A stretch of 64,000 nucleotides of DNA, from assembly GCA_038062175.1 (NCBI GenBank), contig JBBTXR010000001.1, positions 9,420 through 73,419 on the forward strand, given 5' to 3'. Position numbers and translations under genes: made by a program. Below the pieces are notes generated by a model. That model saw only the letters and a program-made list of their open reading frames with translations. It searched no databases and was not told the origin of the DNA. How positions within the stretch are numbered: the first letter of the stretch is position 1; each line of letters opens with the position of its first letter. This document shows positions 27,743-37,906 of this stretch, one piece after another. Source of the stretch: Patescibacteria group bacterium. Lineage in GTDB: Bacteria; Patescibacteriota; Minisyncoccia; Phycocordibacterales; Phycocordibacteraceae.

Positions 27743-29497
27743 ATGCAGGTATCAGAAAGCGAACTCAAAGAATTTATCCTCGACTCCGGTCTTGTTGCCC
27801 GGAAGGACGTTGAGGATGCGGCCAAAGAAGCAGAAGAGAAGAAGCAGTCGGTCGGAGACATTCTCGTTTCTCGCGGCACGCTTTCTTCTGACGCACTTCG
27901 CCGCATCAAGGCATACGTCCTTGGTATTCCGTTTGTGAATCTTAAGGACCGCAAGATTCCGCTCGACATCCTCTCTCTGATTCCCGAGCCGATCGCGCGC
28001 ACGCATTCGATCGTCGCGTTTAGGAAGAACGGTAACGACCTCGAGGTTGCCATGCTCGATACCGAGGATATCGCCTCAATCGATTCGGTGAGAAAGAAAA
28101 CCGGTCTCAAGATTCTTCCACGTCTGACCGACGACGAGTCACTCAAGTCTGTTCTTGTGCAGTACCAGAAATCCTTGAAGGAAGAATTCGGTGACCTCAT
28201 TTCAACGGAGGCTGGAAAGTTGAATCTCGTTAAAGAGGGAGGAGGTGATGACGTGTCGGGAGACGACCTTAAGAAGATGGCGGAGGATCTTCCAATTGTC
28301 CGCATCGTCGACACTCTCCTTCGTCACGCAATCATCCAGGGCGCATCCGACATTCATGTCGAGCACTCAGAGACGGAAGTCATCGTTCGCTACCGAATCG
28401 ACGGGGTGTTGCACGATGCGATGACGCTCCCGAAAAATGCGGCAGCGGGTCTTGTTGCACGCATCAAGGTCTTGGCAAATCTGAAGCTCGATGAGAAGCG
28501 TCTTCCACAAGACGGACGTTTCAAGATGGAGACGGAGGCGGAGACGGTCTCGTTCCGCGTTTCACTTCTTCCAACCTACTACGGTGAGAAGATCGTCATG
28601 CGTCTTCTTCGAGAAACCGGCGGCGAAGGTTTCACTCTCGATGTGCTCGGTTTCCATGGCGAGACGATGGAGCGCATCCACAAGGCAACGAAGCAGACGA
28701 CCGGCATCATCTTGGTCTCGGGTCCAACCGGTTCCGGAAAGACGACGACCTTGTACACGATCCTCGATATTTTGAATACGCCTGACGTGAACATCTCAAC
28801 GATCGAAGATCCGATCGAGTATCAGATGAAGCGCGTGAATCAGACGCAGGTGAATCCCGCGATCGGTTTCAACTTCTCAAACGGACTTCGTGCACTCGTG
28901 CGTCAGGATCCAGACATCATCATGGTCGGTGAGATTCGTGACGGCGAGACTGCCGCACTTGCAATCAATGCTGCACTCACCGGACACTTGGTCTTGTCTA
29001 CCATTCACACCAACTCTGCTGCAGGTGCGATTCCTCGTTTGATCGATATGGGTGTGGAACCCTTCCTTCTTGTGTCGACCCTTCGTGTCATCGTGGGTCA
29101 GCGTCTGGTGCGTCGTCTCTGCGACAACAAAGAAGAGTACAAACTTGATAAAGAGGAACGAGCAAAAGTTGCGCATGACGATAAGTTCGACGCGGTACTC
29201 AAATCCCTTCAGGACGAGAAGCTTGTGAAGGCAAGTACGAAGGTCGATGACCTCTCGTTCTACAAGCCGGTCCCAAGTGCCGAGTGTGAAGAGGGATACA
29301 AGAGTCGTATTGGTATCCACGAAGTGCTCGCGGTTTCTTCTGCAACCCGTGAGTTGATTCTCCATAGTGCGACTTCAGAAGCGATCGAAGCGCAGGCTCG
29401 CAAGGAAGGCATGCTCACCATGCTTGAAGACGGACTCTACAAAGCAGCGAAGGGAACGACCTCGATCGAGGAGGTGTTGCGAGCAGTGACGGAATAA
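27743..29497 (+). CDS. pilB: Type IV pilus assembly ATPase PilB/GspE
   Basis: ASDIHVE, RLPQDGRF, GPTGSGKTTTLY, RQDPDIIMVGEIRD, TGHLVLST. Confidence 0.95.
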   Translation: MQVSESELKEFILDSGLVARKDVEDAAKEAEEKKQSVGDILVSRGTLSSDALRRIKAYVLGIPFVNLKDRKIPLDILSLIPEPIARTHSIVAFRKNGNDLEVAMLDTEDIASIDSVRKKTGLKILPRLTDDESLKSVLVQYQKSLKEEFGDLISTEAGKLNLVKEGGGDDVSGDDLKKMAEDLPIVRIVDTLLRHAIIQGASDIHVEHSETEVIVRYRIDGVLHDAMTLPKNAAAGLVARIKVLANLKLDEKRLPQDGRFKMETEAETVSFRVSLLPTYYGEKIVMRLLRETGGEGFTLDVLGFHGETMERIHKATKQTTGIILVSGPTGSGKTTTLYTILDILNTPDVNISTIEDPIEYQMKRVNQTQVNPAIGFNFSNGLRALVRQDPDIIMVGEIRDGETAALAINAALTGHLVLSTIHTNSAAGAIPRLIDMGVEPFLLVSTLRVIVGQRLVRRLCDNKEEYKLDKEERAKVAHDDKFDAVLKSLQDEKLVKASTKVDDLSFYKPVPSAECEEGYKSRIGIHEVLAVSSATRELILHSATSEAIEAQARKEGMLTMLEDGLYKAAKGTTSIEEVLRAVTE

Positions 29498-29643
29498 TCC
29501 CAGCCACGTTCCACGCGCGCGAACGACGCATTCATCGCACTAAGGATCAGGAATCGCGTTCCACGAAACGATTCCAGTACTAAGAGCCGGTTCTCCAATG
29601 GAGACCCGGCTCAAAGTCTTTTGCGTGCTAAGATTTTTATGAA

Positions 29644-30864
29644 ATGAAGTACCGCGTAATTCTGAAAAATAGTTCAAATAATTCTGAAGAAAAGATAACG
29701 TTGGATGCGCCGTCACGTTTCGCGGTGTATGCGGAAGCGGAGAAGCGAGGTGCCACGGTCGTCAGTATGCGAGAGGGTGGTGGGATGCCACCATTCCTCA
29801 GTCGCCTCTCGAACATTCAGTTCGGAAGCGGTGTGAAGATGGAAGAGCGTATAACCTTCACAAAAAATCTATCCGCCATGCTTTCGGCGGGTCTCTCACT
29901 CTCCCGTGCGCTCTCCGTGATTGAGCGACAGTCGACCAATAAGTCCCTGAAACGAATCGTCTCGGATATTTCTGAGAAGGTGAAAACCGGTCAGGCGTTT
30001 CATGAAACGCTTGAGGCGCATAAAAACGTCTTCTCGGATCTTTTCATCGCGATGACAAAAGCAGGTGAGGAGTCAGGAACACTCGCGGAGGCCTTGAAGG
30101 TCGTGGCACGTCAGATGGATCGATCGAACTCTCTCAATAAGAAGATCAAGGGAGCGATGATTTACCCCTCGATCATTTTGGTTGCGGTGATTCTCATCGG
30201 TATCCTCATGCTGATCTATGTGGTGCCGACTCTCTCAAACACCTTCCGTGAACTTGGTGTGGAACTTCCGGCGGCAACTAAGGCGGTGATCGGTGCGTCC
30301 GACTTTATGGCGAGTCATCCGATTCTTGTGCTCACCCTCTTCGGAATCTTTGTGTTCGGTTTCATTCTCTTTACCAAGACCAGAGTCGGCGCGAGCATGA
30401 TGGTGGGGATCGCGCTCCACGTGCCGGTCATCGGTAACCTGGTCAAGGAGACCTACAGTGCACGAGCAGCGCGTGCACTCGCGTCACTTCTTGCGGCGGG
30501 TGTTGAGATGCTCTCTGCACTTTCAATTGCAGCGGAGGTGGTGGGAGAAAAGAAATTCTCGAAGGTGATCACGGAGGCAGAGGAACGGGTGAGAAAGGGT
30601 GAGTCACTCTCCGCAACGTTTAATGATTATCCAAAACTGTATCCAGTCTTTATCGCTGACATGATCGCGGTGGGGGAGGAGACGGGTAAGGTCGCAGACA
30701 TGCTCGGACAGGTCGCCGAGTACTATGAGACGGATGTGGAGGATCGAACAAAAGATCTCTCAACAATCATTGAACCGGTTCTCATGCTTTTCATTGGAGG
30801 GGTGGTGGGTATATTTGCGCTCTCGATGATCTCACCGATCTACTCGCTGTCAGATAAAATTTAG
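29644..30864 (+). CDS. pilC: Type IV pilus platform protein PilC/GspF
   Basis: Two T2SSF domains (AGEESGTL, VGEETGKV), IEPVLM. Confidence 0.93.
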   Translation: MKYRVILKNSSNNSEEKITLDAPSRFAVYAEAEKRGATVVSMREGGGMPPFLSRLSNIQFGSGVKMEERITFTKNLSAMLSAGLSLSRALSVIERQSTNKSLKRIVSDISEKVKTGQAFHETLEAHKNVFSDLFIAMTKAGEESGTLAEALKVVARQMDRSNSLNKKIKGAMIYPSIILVAVILIGILMLIYVVPTLSNTFRELGVELPAATKAVIGASDFMASHPILVLTLFGIFVFGFILFTKTRVGASMMVGIALHVPVIGNLVKETYSARAARALASLLAAGVEMLSALSIAAEVVGEKKFSKVITEAEERVRKGESLSATFNDYPKLYPVFIADMIAVGEETGKVADMLGQVAEYYETDVEDRTKDLSTIIEPVLMLFIGGVVGIFALSMISPIYSLSDKI

Positions 30865-30948
30865 GCCCGAGATCGGGCCGTCAGTAATTGACAAATATAT
30901 CTCAGACGATAGTTTCAGTTCAGAATATTTTCCCTGGGAGAGTTCAAG

Positions 30949-31113
30949 ATGACATTCGGCACAATCGTACGGATGGTAAGCGGGGTGCTAGTTGCGGCAG
31001 GTCTATTCATTGCGGCGGATAATCCGGAAGATCTTTCGACCGGTCTTCGCATCGCCGGCTTCTCATTTCTCGTGTTCATGACCTCCGTGCTTATGAAGAT
31101 TGAATCAAAATAG
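30949..31113 (+). CDS. 54-aa two-TM small protein (absent from ORF track)
   Basis: MTFGTIVRMVSGVLVAAGLFIAADNPEDLSTGLRIAGFSFLVFMTSVLMKIESK. SD GGGAG, TTGACA at 30888. Confidence 0.6.
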   Translation: MTFGTIVRMVSGVLVAAGLFIAADNPEDLSTGLRIAGFSFLVFMTSVLMKIESK

Positions 31114-31224
31114 TTTCTACTGGAGAGCCCGCGATAGCATCAAAGGCTTTTCTCTTTGGTGCGAAGAGTCTTCGTGGTCTCGGGTGCTAGTAACTTTTAA
31201 GTACAAAAATGTGTTCCACCTTAT

Positions 31225-31533
31225 ATGACCCCGCACCCACTCAAGAACGCGACCGCAGCCGCACTCTATATCGCACTCATCGTCTCAGGTATCTTCCTTG
31301 GCGGTCCGCTTCTTGAGCCGCTTGAAGAAGCAATCCTCCTTCCTATGATGATGCTCGGCGTCCTCGTGTTCTCGGTTGCGGCCATGGCATTTCTGTTCTT
31401 CGCAGAACCCGTACGACTCCTTACCGAAGGTAAGGCACAGGACGGCATGCAATTCTTCCTTCGGACTCTTGGGGTGTTTGCGTTCTATGTGGTGCTTGCG
31501 ATAGCACTCGCATTCTTCTTCTCGACCCGATAG
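31225..31533 (+). CDS. Small three-TM membrane protein
   Basis: Hydrophobic 102-aa ORF. Confidence 0.75.
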   Translation: MTPHPLKNATAAALYIALIVSGIFLGGPLLEPLEEAILLPMMMLGVLVFSVAAMAFLFFAEPVRLLTEGKAQDGMQFFLRTLGVFAFYVVLAIALAFFFSTR

Positions 31534-31561
31534 CGCACATTCGGTGCGCTATCATACCCAT

Positions 31562-33283
31562 ATGTTCCCTCGAGGTCCGCTTCGCGGCATGTCGCTCATC
31601 GATGTCCTGGTTGGTTCAGCGATCACGCTGATTATTTTTGTTGCGCTCTTTGGTCTCCTGCGCGCTTCGTTCACGGTCTCGTCGCTTACGAAGTCTAAGG
31701 CGATCGCAACGACGATCGCCGCAGCGCAACTTGAGCTCGTCCGCTCGCTTGAGTATGACGATGTTGGGACGGTCGGCGGTATTCCAAACGGCGCAATTGA
31801 GCAAACGGCAACCTCGACACACAACGGCCTTACCTTCGTGACCCGTACCTTTATTAGGTACATTGATGATCCTTCTGATGGATTGGGCGCCTCTGATGAG
31901 ACGGGAATCATCACTGACTATAAGCAGGTGAAGGTTACCGTGAGCTATACGATCAATAATCAGGAGCGTTCGGTTGAGCTTATTTCCAATCAGTCACCGG
32001 TGGGTCTTGAGACCACGGTCGGGGGCGGTACACTCCAGGTGAATGTGGTGAATGCCGTCGGGGTCGCCATTGCGGGCGCCGAAGTACATATCCAGAACTC
32101 GAGCCTTACGCCTGCTGTCGATCTCACCACCTTCACGAACGCAGCAGGTCTCGTATTCCTACCGGGTGCGGCGACTTCGACCGACTACCGCATCACCGTT
32201 ACCAAGGATGGGTACTCAACGGCGCAGACCTACGCGCGTGATACGACGAACCAGAACCCAACGCCTGGGTACTTAACGGTCGCTGAGAATCAGACTACGA
32301 GCGCAACCTTTGCAATCGATCTCCTCGCCGATCTCACCATTCGCACCCTCACTCCTCCCGAGACGAGTACCTGGGAGGATAGCTTTGATGATGCGTCGAA
32401 CATCGCGAGCGCATCGAATGCAGGTGCTTCTGGAGGTGCCATCAAGCTTATTGATAGTGGGGCGGGCTATCCGGGGAGCGGAAGTGTGGTTTCCGTTACG
32501 CTAACCCCGTCCGGGCTTGCGCAGTGGCTTGCACTCGATGCTGACCTCAATCCGTCAGCAAGCACGCAGGTGAGTGTGCAGGTGGTGAATGCGTCAGGGA
32601 CACTTCTGCCAGATGACGTACTTCCGGGTAATAGCACCGGCTTCACGAGCTTCCCGGTGAGTCTTGCGGGGGTTGCGACCTCGACCTATCCCGCGCTTGC
32701 GCTGCGAGCGGTACTTGAAAGTTCGGCACCGGCCGAGACCCCTGACCTCACTCGATGGTCTCTCTCGTATGAAACGAACGCAACACCAATACCAAACGTC
32801 AGTCACACGCTTCGGGGCGCCAAGACGGTTGGTTCGACTGGTGCCGGTGCGGCGATTTATAAGACGACGGTATCGGATACGACTGGGGCGTCCGGTGCTA
32901 CAACACATTCGCTTGAATGGGATGCGTACGACCTCACTCTTAACGGCTACGATATTGTTGATGCCTGCTCTTCACCGCCCTATGCGCTTTCACCGGGCGT
33001 TACGATCGATTCGAGCTTGTATCTGGGTACCGATTCGGCGCACATGCTCCTCGTCACGGTCAAAGATACTGCTGGTGCCGTCGTCGCAGGAGCGGACGTG
33101 ACACTCTCGCGGACCGGGTATAGCGAGACTGTGCAAACTTCGTCCTGCGGCACGGCCTACTTTGGCGATCTTGCGGCGGGAAGTGCGTATACGATCAGTC
33201 TCTCGAAGGCGGGATATAGCGACACTTCATTTACGGGCGTTTCAGTGTCAGGCAATACCTTCTATGTGGCGCCCTTCGAATAG
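31562..33283 (+). CDS. Large minor pilin with carboxypeptidase-regulatory-like beta-sandwich domains
   Basis: Prepilin-like RG|MSLID plus hydrophobic helix. Two V.V....G..(I/V)AGA.V domains. Confidence 0.82.
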   Translation: MFPRGPLRGMSLIDVLVGSAITLIIFVALFGLLRASFTVSSLTKSKAIATTIAAAQLELVRSLEYDDVGTVGGIPNGAIEQTATSTHNGLTFVTRTFIRYIDDPSDGLGASDETGIITDYKQVKVTVSYTINNQERSVELISNQSPVGLETTVGGGTLQVNVVNAVGVAIAGAEVHIQNSSLTPAVDLTTFTNAAGLVFLPGAATSTDYRITVTKDGYSTAQTYARDTTNQNPTPGYLTVAENQTTSATFAIDLLADLTIRTLTPPETSTWEDSFDDASNIASASNAGASGGAIKLIDSGAGYPGSGSVVSVTLTPSGLAQWLALDADLNPSASTQVSVQVVNASGTLLPDDVLPGNSTGFTSFPVSLAGVATSTYPALALRAVLESSAPAETPDLTRWSLSYETNATPIPNVSHTLRGAKTVGSTGAGAAIYKTTVSDTTGASGATTHSLEWDAYDLTLNGYDIVDACSSPPYALSPGVTIDSSLYLGTDSAHMLLVTVKDTAGAVVAGADVTLSRTGYSETVQTSSCGTAYFGDLAAGSAYTISLSKAGYSDTSFTGVSVSGNTFYVAPFE

Positions 33284-33284
33284 T

Positions 33285-33866
33285 ATGCGGGGATTCACAC
33301 TCATTGAGACCATCGTCGTTGTCGCGATCGTGACGATGGTGGGTGTTGCGCTCACCGGTTCAATCCAGTATTTCTACCGGAGCAATGCCTACATTCTTGA
33401 GCAGACCGCTGCGCTTGAGAGTGTGCGGCGCGGTCACACCTTCACACTCCAGAACCTCCGTGAGGCCACCTATGGCGACGATGGGTCCTACCTTATCACT
33501 GCTGCAGGCACATCGACCGTCACCTTTTATGGCGATATCGATCAAGACGGCGGCATTGAACGGGTGCGAGCGTATTTAACTAACGGTACGCTCTACCGGG
33601 CGATTGCAAACTCATCCGGAAATCCAGCAAGCTACAGCGGGCAGCCCGAGATACTTGAAACGATTGCTGTCTATGTGCGTAATGCGACCTCGACACCCAT
33701 TTTCACCTACTACAACAGTGAAGGCGCTGAGCTTACGTATCCGATCGATCTCACGGCGATCACGGCAGTCGGTGTGCATCTGGCTGTCGACATCAATCCA
33801 AACCGTCTCCCGAACATCTTCACACTTACGGGTCGTGCGACGCTGCGTAACCTACCGACAGAGTAG
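33285..33866 (+). CDS. Type IV minor pilin (PilW-like)
   Basis: RG|FTLIE prepilin motif. Confidence 0.85.
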   Translation: MRGFTLIETIVVVAIVTMVGVALTGSIQYFYRSNAYILEQTAALESVRRGHTFTLQNLREATYGDDGSYLITAAGTSTVTFYGDIDQDGGIERVRAYLTNGTLYRAIANSSGNPASYSGQPEILETIAVYVRNATSTPIFTYYNSEGAELTYPIDLTAITAVGVHLAVDINPNRLPNIFTLTGRATLRNLPTE

Positions 33867-33875
33867 AATAGAGGG

Positions 33876-35288
33876 ATGCAGAAAGCGCCGCGTGGCTACC
33901 TCCTCCTTCTGGGACTCGTATTCGGTACGATCTTTATCACGGTGCTCGGCAGTCTTGCGAGCTTCGTTCTCATCTCCAATCGTGCACAGACGGTGAACAC
34001 CGAACGTGCGATGGCCTTTGCGATCGCGGAGGCAGGGCTTGAGTACTACCGCTGGTTCCTTGCGCATAATCCGGGCGACATAACCAATGGCACAGGAGCG
34101 CCTGGCCCCTATGTAATTCCGTATGAGGATCCTGAATCATCGACCGAGGGCACGATCACGCTCGATATCGAAGGGAACACTCAGTGCGGTCAGTTGACTT
34201 CAATCGACATCAACTCAACTGGGCAGGCAGAGGGGGCTGATGTTTCTCGCACGCTTACCGTACGCTATACGCGTCCTTCGGTTGCGCTCTACTCCTATAT
34301 ATTGAACGACACGGTATGGGCAGGAGCCGATCGTGTCATCAATGGGCCCTACCACAGCAACGGCGGCATCCGTATGGATGGAACAGCGAATGCGCCTGTG
34401 ACCAGTTCGCTATCTTCGTGGCTCTGTACCTCGACCTTCGGCTGCTCACCCAATCAGACTAAAAATGGCGTCTGGGGTGCAGGACCTAATCAGACCCTCT
34501 GGAGCTTCCCGGTACCCCAGGTCGATTTCGCCGGTATCTCTGCCGACTTCGGAAGTTTGAAGACGATCGCACAATCCGAGGGGGTATATCTTCCACGCTA
34601 TTCAACGGGAAACAGTAATGGCGCTGCGTATTGGCACGGCTATCATCTTATTTTCAATGCAAACGGCACGATCACGGTACGTCGTGTATCGGCAACGACA
34701 CAGCTGAATGTGACACCGATCAATCCATCCGATAGTGGAACCGATCGCGCCCTCATTCAAAACGAGACCTTCTATCAGACCATCACGCCACCAGCAGGCT
34801 GCAAGCTCATCTTCATTGAAGATAATGTTTGGATTGAAGGAACGGTGTCGGACAAATACACGGTAGTTGCAGCGAATGTGACCACGAGCGGCATTGCACC
34901 TAATGCGTATCTCCGCGGCAACACGATGTATCAGACGACGGACGGTTCGGATGGGCTCACGGTCATCGCCGAGCACAACATCCTCGTCACGCCGGACTCT
35001 CCGAGCACTATGACTCTAAACGGTATCTTCATTGCGCAGGGAGGGGCATTTGGTCGGAACTACTATTCGAGCTGTAATAGCGCGTATGAGCCAAAGTCCT
35101 CACTTACCATCCGTGGCACAACGGTTTCGAACAAGCGTACCGGCACGAAGTGGATAAATGGGTGTGGCAACTACGCAGGCTACAACAATCGTGTTGATGC
35201 TTATGACCGGCAGCTGGCGACCGATCCCCCGGCATTCACCCCGGTCGTGTCCACCGACTATCAGTTCGTCGATTGGCGGGAGGAGTAG
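33876..35288 (+). CDS. PilX-like minor pilin
   Basis: RG|YLLLL lacking E5, AF.IAEAGLEY motif. Confidence 0.8.
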   Translation: MQKAPRGYLLLLGLVFGTIFITVLGSLASFVLISNRAQTVNTERAMAFAIAEAGLEYYRWFLAHNPGDITNGTGAPGPYVIPYEDPESSTEGTITLDIEGNTQCGQLTSIDINSTGQAEGADVSRTLTVRYTRPSVALYSYILNDTVWAGADRVINGPYHSNGGIRMDGTANAPVTSSLSSWLCTSTFGCSPNQTKNGVWGAGPNQTLWSFPVPQVDFAGISADFGSLKTIAQSEGVYLPRYSTGNSNGAAYWHGYHLIFNANGTITVRRVSATTQLNVTPINPSDSGTDRALIQNETFYQTITPPAGCKLIFIEDNVWIEGTVSDKYTVVAANVTTSGIAPNAYLRGNTMYQTTDGSDGLTVIAEHNILVTPDSPSTMTLNGIFIAQGGAFGRNYYSSCNSAYEPKSSLTIRGTTVSNKRTGTKWINGCGNYAGYNNRVDAYDRQLATDPPAFTPVVSTDYQFVDWREE

Positions 35289-35337
35289 GGGGGGTTGTTT
35301 TATTGACTCCTTCTCGCTACCCGGATACCGTAAGAAC

Positions 35338-35567
35338 GTTCGAGCACCACTGGGCTGCGTAGTGTCTACGAGCGGTGCAAGGGTTCAAACCCCTACCAGT
35401 AACCAGAGATTGAAGAAGCTTGCTCTGCGACTCCGCCACCTTTAAATAGGTACGCTCCTGAGAGCAGTGCGTCGTTCTCAGATTTGATCTAGGGATTGCA
35501 TACGTTCCTGGTAACAAATCTCTCGGTGCTCGAGCACACATCTTAAAGACCGCCCCGGGCGGTCTTT
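35338..35567 (+). ncRNA. Unassigned structured non-coding RNA (~200-230 nt)
   Basis: TTGACT-17-TACCGT promoter (35303-35331). 5' GTTCGAGCACC pairs with 3' GGTGCTCGAGC. Internal hairpins. Terminator AAAGACCGCCC-C-GGGCGGTCTTT. No credible ORF. Confidence 0.65.
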
Positions 35568-35628
35568 CTTTGATTGCTGGCAGACTAGGTATCGAACCAT
35601 CGCTATCTAACATGCTACGATTCCATAC

Positions 35629-36369
35629 ATGTTGATCGTCTCGAACTGGAAGGCATACGTAGAAAAGCTTGATAAGGCAAAGGCGCTTTTAGCAGCTGCT
35701 AAGCGCGCGGCAGGGAAGGGTGGGCATGAGCTGGTGCTTGCGCCACCTGCACCATTCCTTGGCTTATTGACGGGCGTACGAACGAAAGTTCGATTTGCCT
35801 CTCAGGATCTCTCCCTTAGTACGGGAGGAGCACATACCGGAGAAGTGACCGCTGCGGCGGTTGTTGGGGCAGGGGCCTCCTATGCCATCATCGGACACTC
35901 TGAGCGCCGTGCTGCGGGAGAAACGGACGAGCAAGTGCTTGAAAAAGTACGGCATGCGATTGCGCACAAGCTGACTCCCATTGTTTGTATCGGAGAGCGT
36001 GAGCGGGATGAGGATGCGCAGTATTTGAAATTCGTTCGTGAACAGATTGGTGCCGTCTATGCTCCGCTTAGTCCTAAAGAGCGGCTCCAGGTGGTGATTG
36101 CGTATGAGCCGGTGTGGGCGATTGGGAAAGCGGCAGCAGATGCGATTACCTCAACCGATCTTGCAGAGATGATTGCGTACATCCGCAAAGTACTCGCTGA
36201 CTATATTCCTGGTAAGGGGAATCAGAAGGTCAGGATCATATACGGTGGTTCGGTAGAGCCAGGCAACATCCGCATGCTTGCAGGTGGAAGCGGGGTGGAT
36301 GGGTTCTTGATTGGGCATGCGAGCGTTGATGTGCCGACGTACTCGGCCTTGGTGAAGGCGCTTTCGTAG
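35629..36369 (+). CDS. tpiA: Triosephosphate isomerase
   Basis: NWK, IGHSERR, AYEPVWAIG, YGGSV. Confidence 0.96.
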   Translation: MLIVSNWKAYVEKLDKAKALLAAAKRAAGKGGHELVLAPPAPFLGLLTGVRTKVRFASQDLSLSTGGAHTGEVTAAAVVGAGASYAIIGHSERRAAGETDEQVLEKVRHAIAHKLTPIVCIGERERDEDAQYLKFVREQIGAVYAPLSPKERLQVVIAYEPVWAIGKAAADAITSTDLAEMIAYIRKVLADYIPGKGNQKVRIIYGGSVEPGNIRMLAGGSGVDGFLIGHASVDVPTYSALVKALS

Positions 36370-36403
36370 TGGTATTGTCTGCCTGGGTTTGTAGGGGAGA
36401 GTC

Positions 36404-36736
36404 ATGATCTGCATTGAAGATCGCGTACGCTTCCTCGAGGAGCGGTGCGAGCGCATTTATTCGCGCTCAAGATCGAAGGTGATATGGCGGGGAGACCAGT
36501 GGCCGAACATTATGCGTGCCTGTATTGCGACCAGGTTTGTCTATTACCCTAACCGAAGTGCGGTTCGGGAGGCGCCGACAATGGAAGCAGTAGAGTCTTG
36601 CGTCCGATATCTCGAACGTCGTCGCAGCATACATTTACGCATGCCGACGTTAGAGCGGGAGCATGAGCTTAAGGAGCTACTCAAGGTCTGGCATATCCAA
36701 CAATGGAGGAAGAAACGTAAAAAAGCGGCGGAGTAA
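36404..36736 (+). CDS. Hypothetical basic protein
   Basis: SD AGGGGAG, 110-aa ORF between tpiA and pgk. Confidence 0.5.
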   Translation: MICIEDRVRFLEERCERIYSRSRSKVIWRGDQWPNIMRACIATRFVYYPNRSAVREAPTMEAVESCVRYLERRRSIHLRMPTLEREHELKELLKVWHIQQWRKKRKKAAE

Positions 36737-36772
36737 CATCCGCCGTTTCCCTTTGCGCGGTATGATGCATGC

Positions 36773-37906
36773 ATGCATCTACTTCGTGACATCCCTCATC
36801 TTGAAAACGCGCCGGTACTCGTGCGCGCAGCACTGAATGTACCGGTCGCAAGTGGGAGAGTGACTAACACCTTCCGATTGCGTAGTGCGCTTCCAACCAT
36901 TGAGTATCTGAGAAAGAAACATGCGCGCATTATTCTCATTGGGCACCTGGGTGACGGCGGCACGGAAAGTTTTGTGCCGGTGTATGAGGCACTTAAGGAA
37001 CTTGTTCCGGGCATCAAGTTCTGTGATCAGGCGATTGGCGCTAAGGCTCGTCAGGCAGTACGAGATTTGGTGCCAGGCGAAGTGCTGCTGCTTGAGAACC
37101 TGAGGAGACATAAAGGAGAGAAAGAAAACGATCCTGCGTTTGCTGCAGAACTCGCCTCACTTGCCGACGTGTTCGTGCAAGATTCCTTTGATGTCTGCCA
37201 TCGCACACATGCATCAGTGGTGGGGGTGCCGGAGCTGCTTCCTTCTTATGCGGGATTTCAGGTCTCAAAAGAGCTCGAAGAGCTTTCAAAGGCAGTCACC
37301 CCAAAGCGTCCTTCGCTTGCGATCATTGGAGGTGCGAAGTTTTCTACCAAAGAAGCGCTTCTTTCCGTACTGCTTCAATCCTACGATCATGTGTTTGTGG
37401 GTGGCGCACTCGCGAATGATTTTATGCAGGCCTTAGGGAAACCGGTGGGTGCCTCACTTGTTTCAAATGGAGACCATGAAGGTATTGAAGAACTCCTGGA
37501 GAACAAGAAGCTTCGTCTCCCGGTTGACTATGTGGTTGCTCCTAAAGGAAGTCAGAGGGAAGAGGGGCATCTGTCAGGGGTGACGGTGGTCGCACCGAAT
37601 GAGGCCATTTTAGATAACGGACCAAAGACCATCGAGATGCTCGCTGAGCTTGTTGGTAGCGCTAAGACGGTGCTGTGGAATGGGCCACTTGGAAACTACG
37701 AGCATGGGTTTACGGAAGGCACCGAGGCACTCGCGAAGGTAATTGCGTACTCGAAGGCGCATTCAATCGTGGGTGGGGGAGACACGATCGCGGCTATCGA
37801 GAAGCTTGGCCTCGATGATCACTTCTCCTTTATCTCAACGGGAGGTGGCGCGATGCTTGATTACCTTGCCGACGGATCTCTGCCCGGCATTGAGGCGTTA
37901 CAGTAG
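36773..37906 (+). CDS. pgk: Phosphoglycerate kinase
   Basis: LNVP, LLENLR, GGAK, WNGPLG, GGGDT, STGGGA. Confidence 0.95.
   Translation: MHLLRDIPHLENAPVLVRAALNVPVASGRVTNTFRLRSALPTIEYLRKKHARIILIGHLGDGGTESFVPVYEALKELVPGIKFCDQAIGAKARQAVRDLVPGEVLLLENLRRHKGEKENDPAFAAELASLADVFVQDSFDVCHRTHASVVGVPELLPSYAGFQVSKELEELSKAVTPKRPSLAIIGGAKFSTKEALLSVLLQSYDHVFVGGALANDFMQALGKPVGASLVSNGDHEGIEELLENKKLRLPVDYVVAPKGSQREEGHLSGVTVVAPNEAILDNGPKTIEMLAELVGSAKTVLWNGPLGNYEHGFTEGTEALAKVIAYSKAHSIVGGGDTIAAIEKLGLDDHFSFISTGGGAMLDYLADGSLPGIEALQ

Noticed and set aside
29498-29615. Short repeats (CGTTCCACG twice) and two hairpins between pilB and pilC
   Set aside because: Adequately explained as a terminator/stabilising hairpin region. 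Too short to call an element.
35338-35567. Assignment as tRNA, tmRNA, RNase P RNA or SRP RNA
   Set aside because: No full cloverleaf, no tmRNA termini, no GAGGAAAGUCC or 3' P4 strand, no SRP helix-8 motif.
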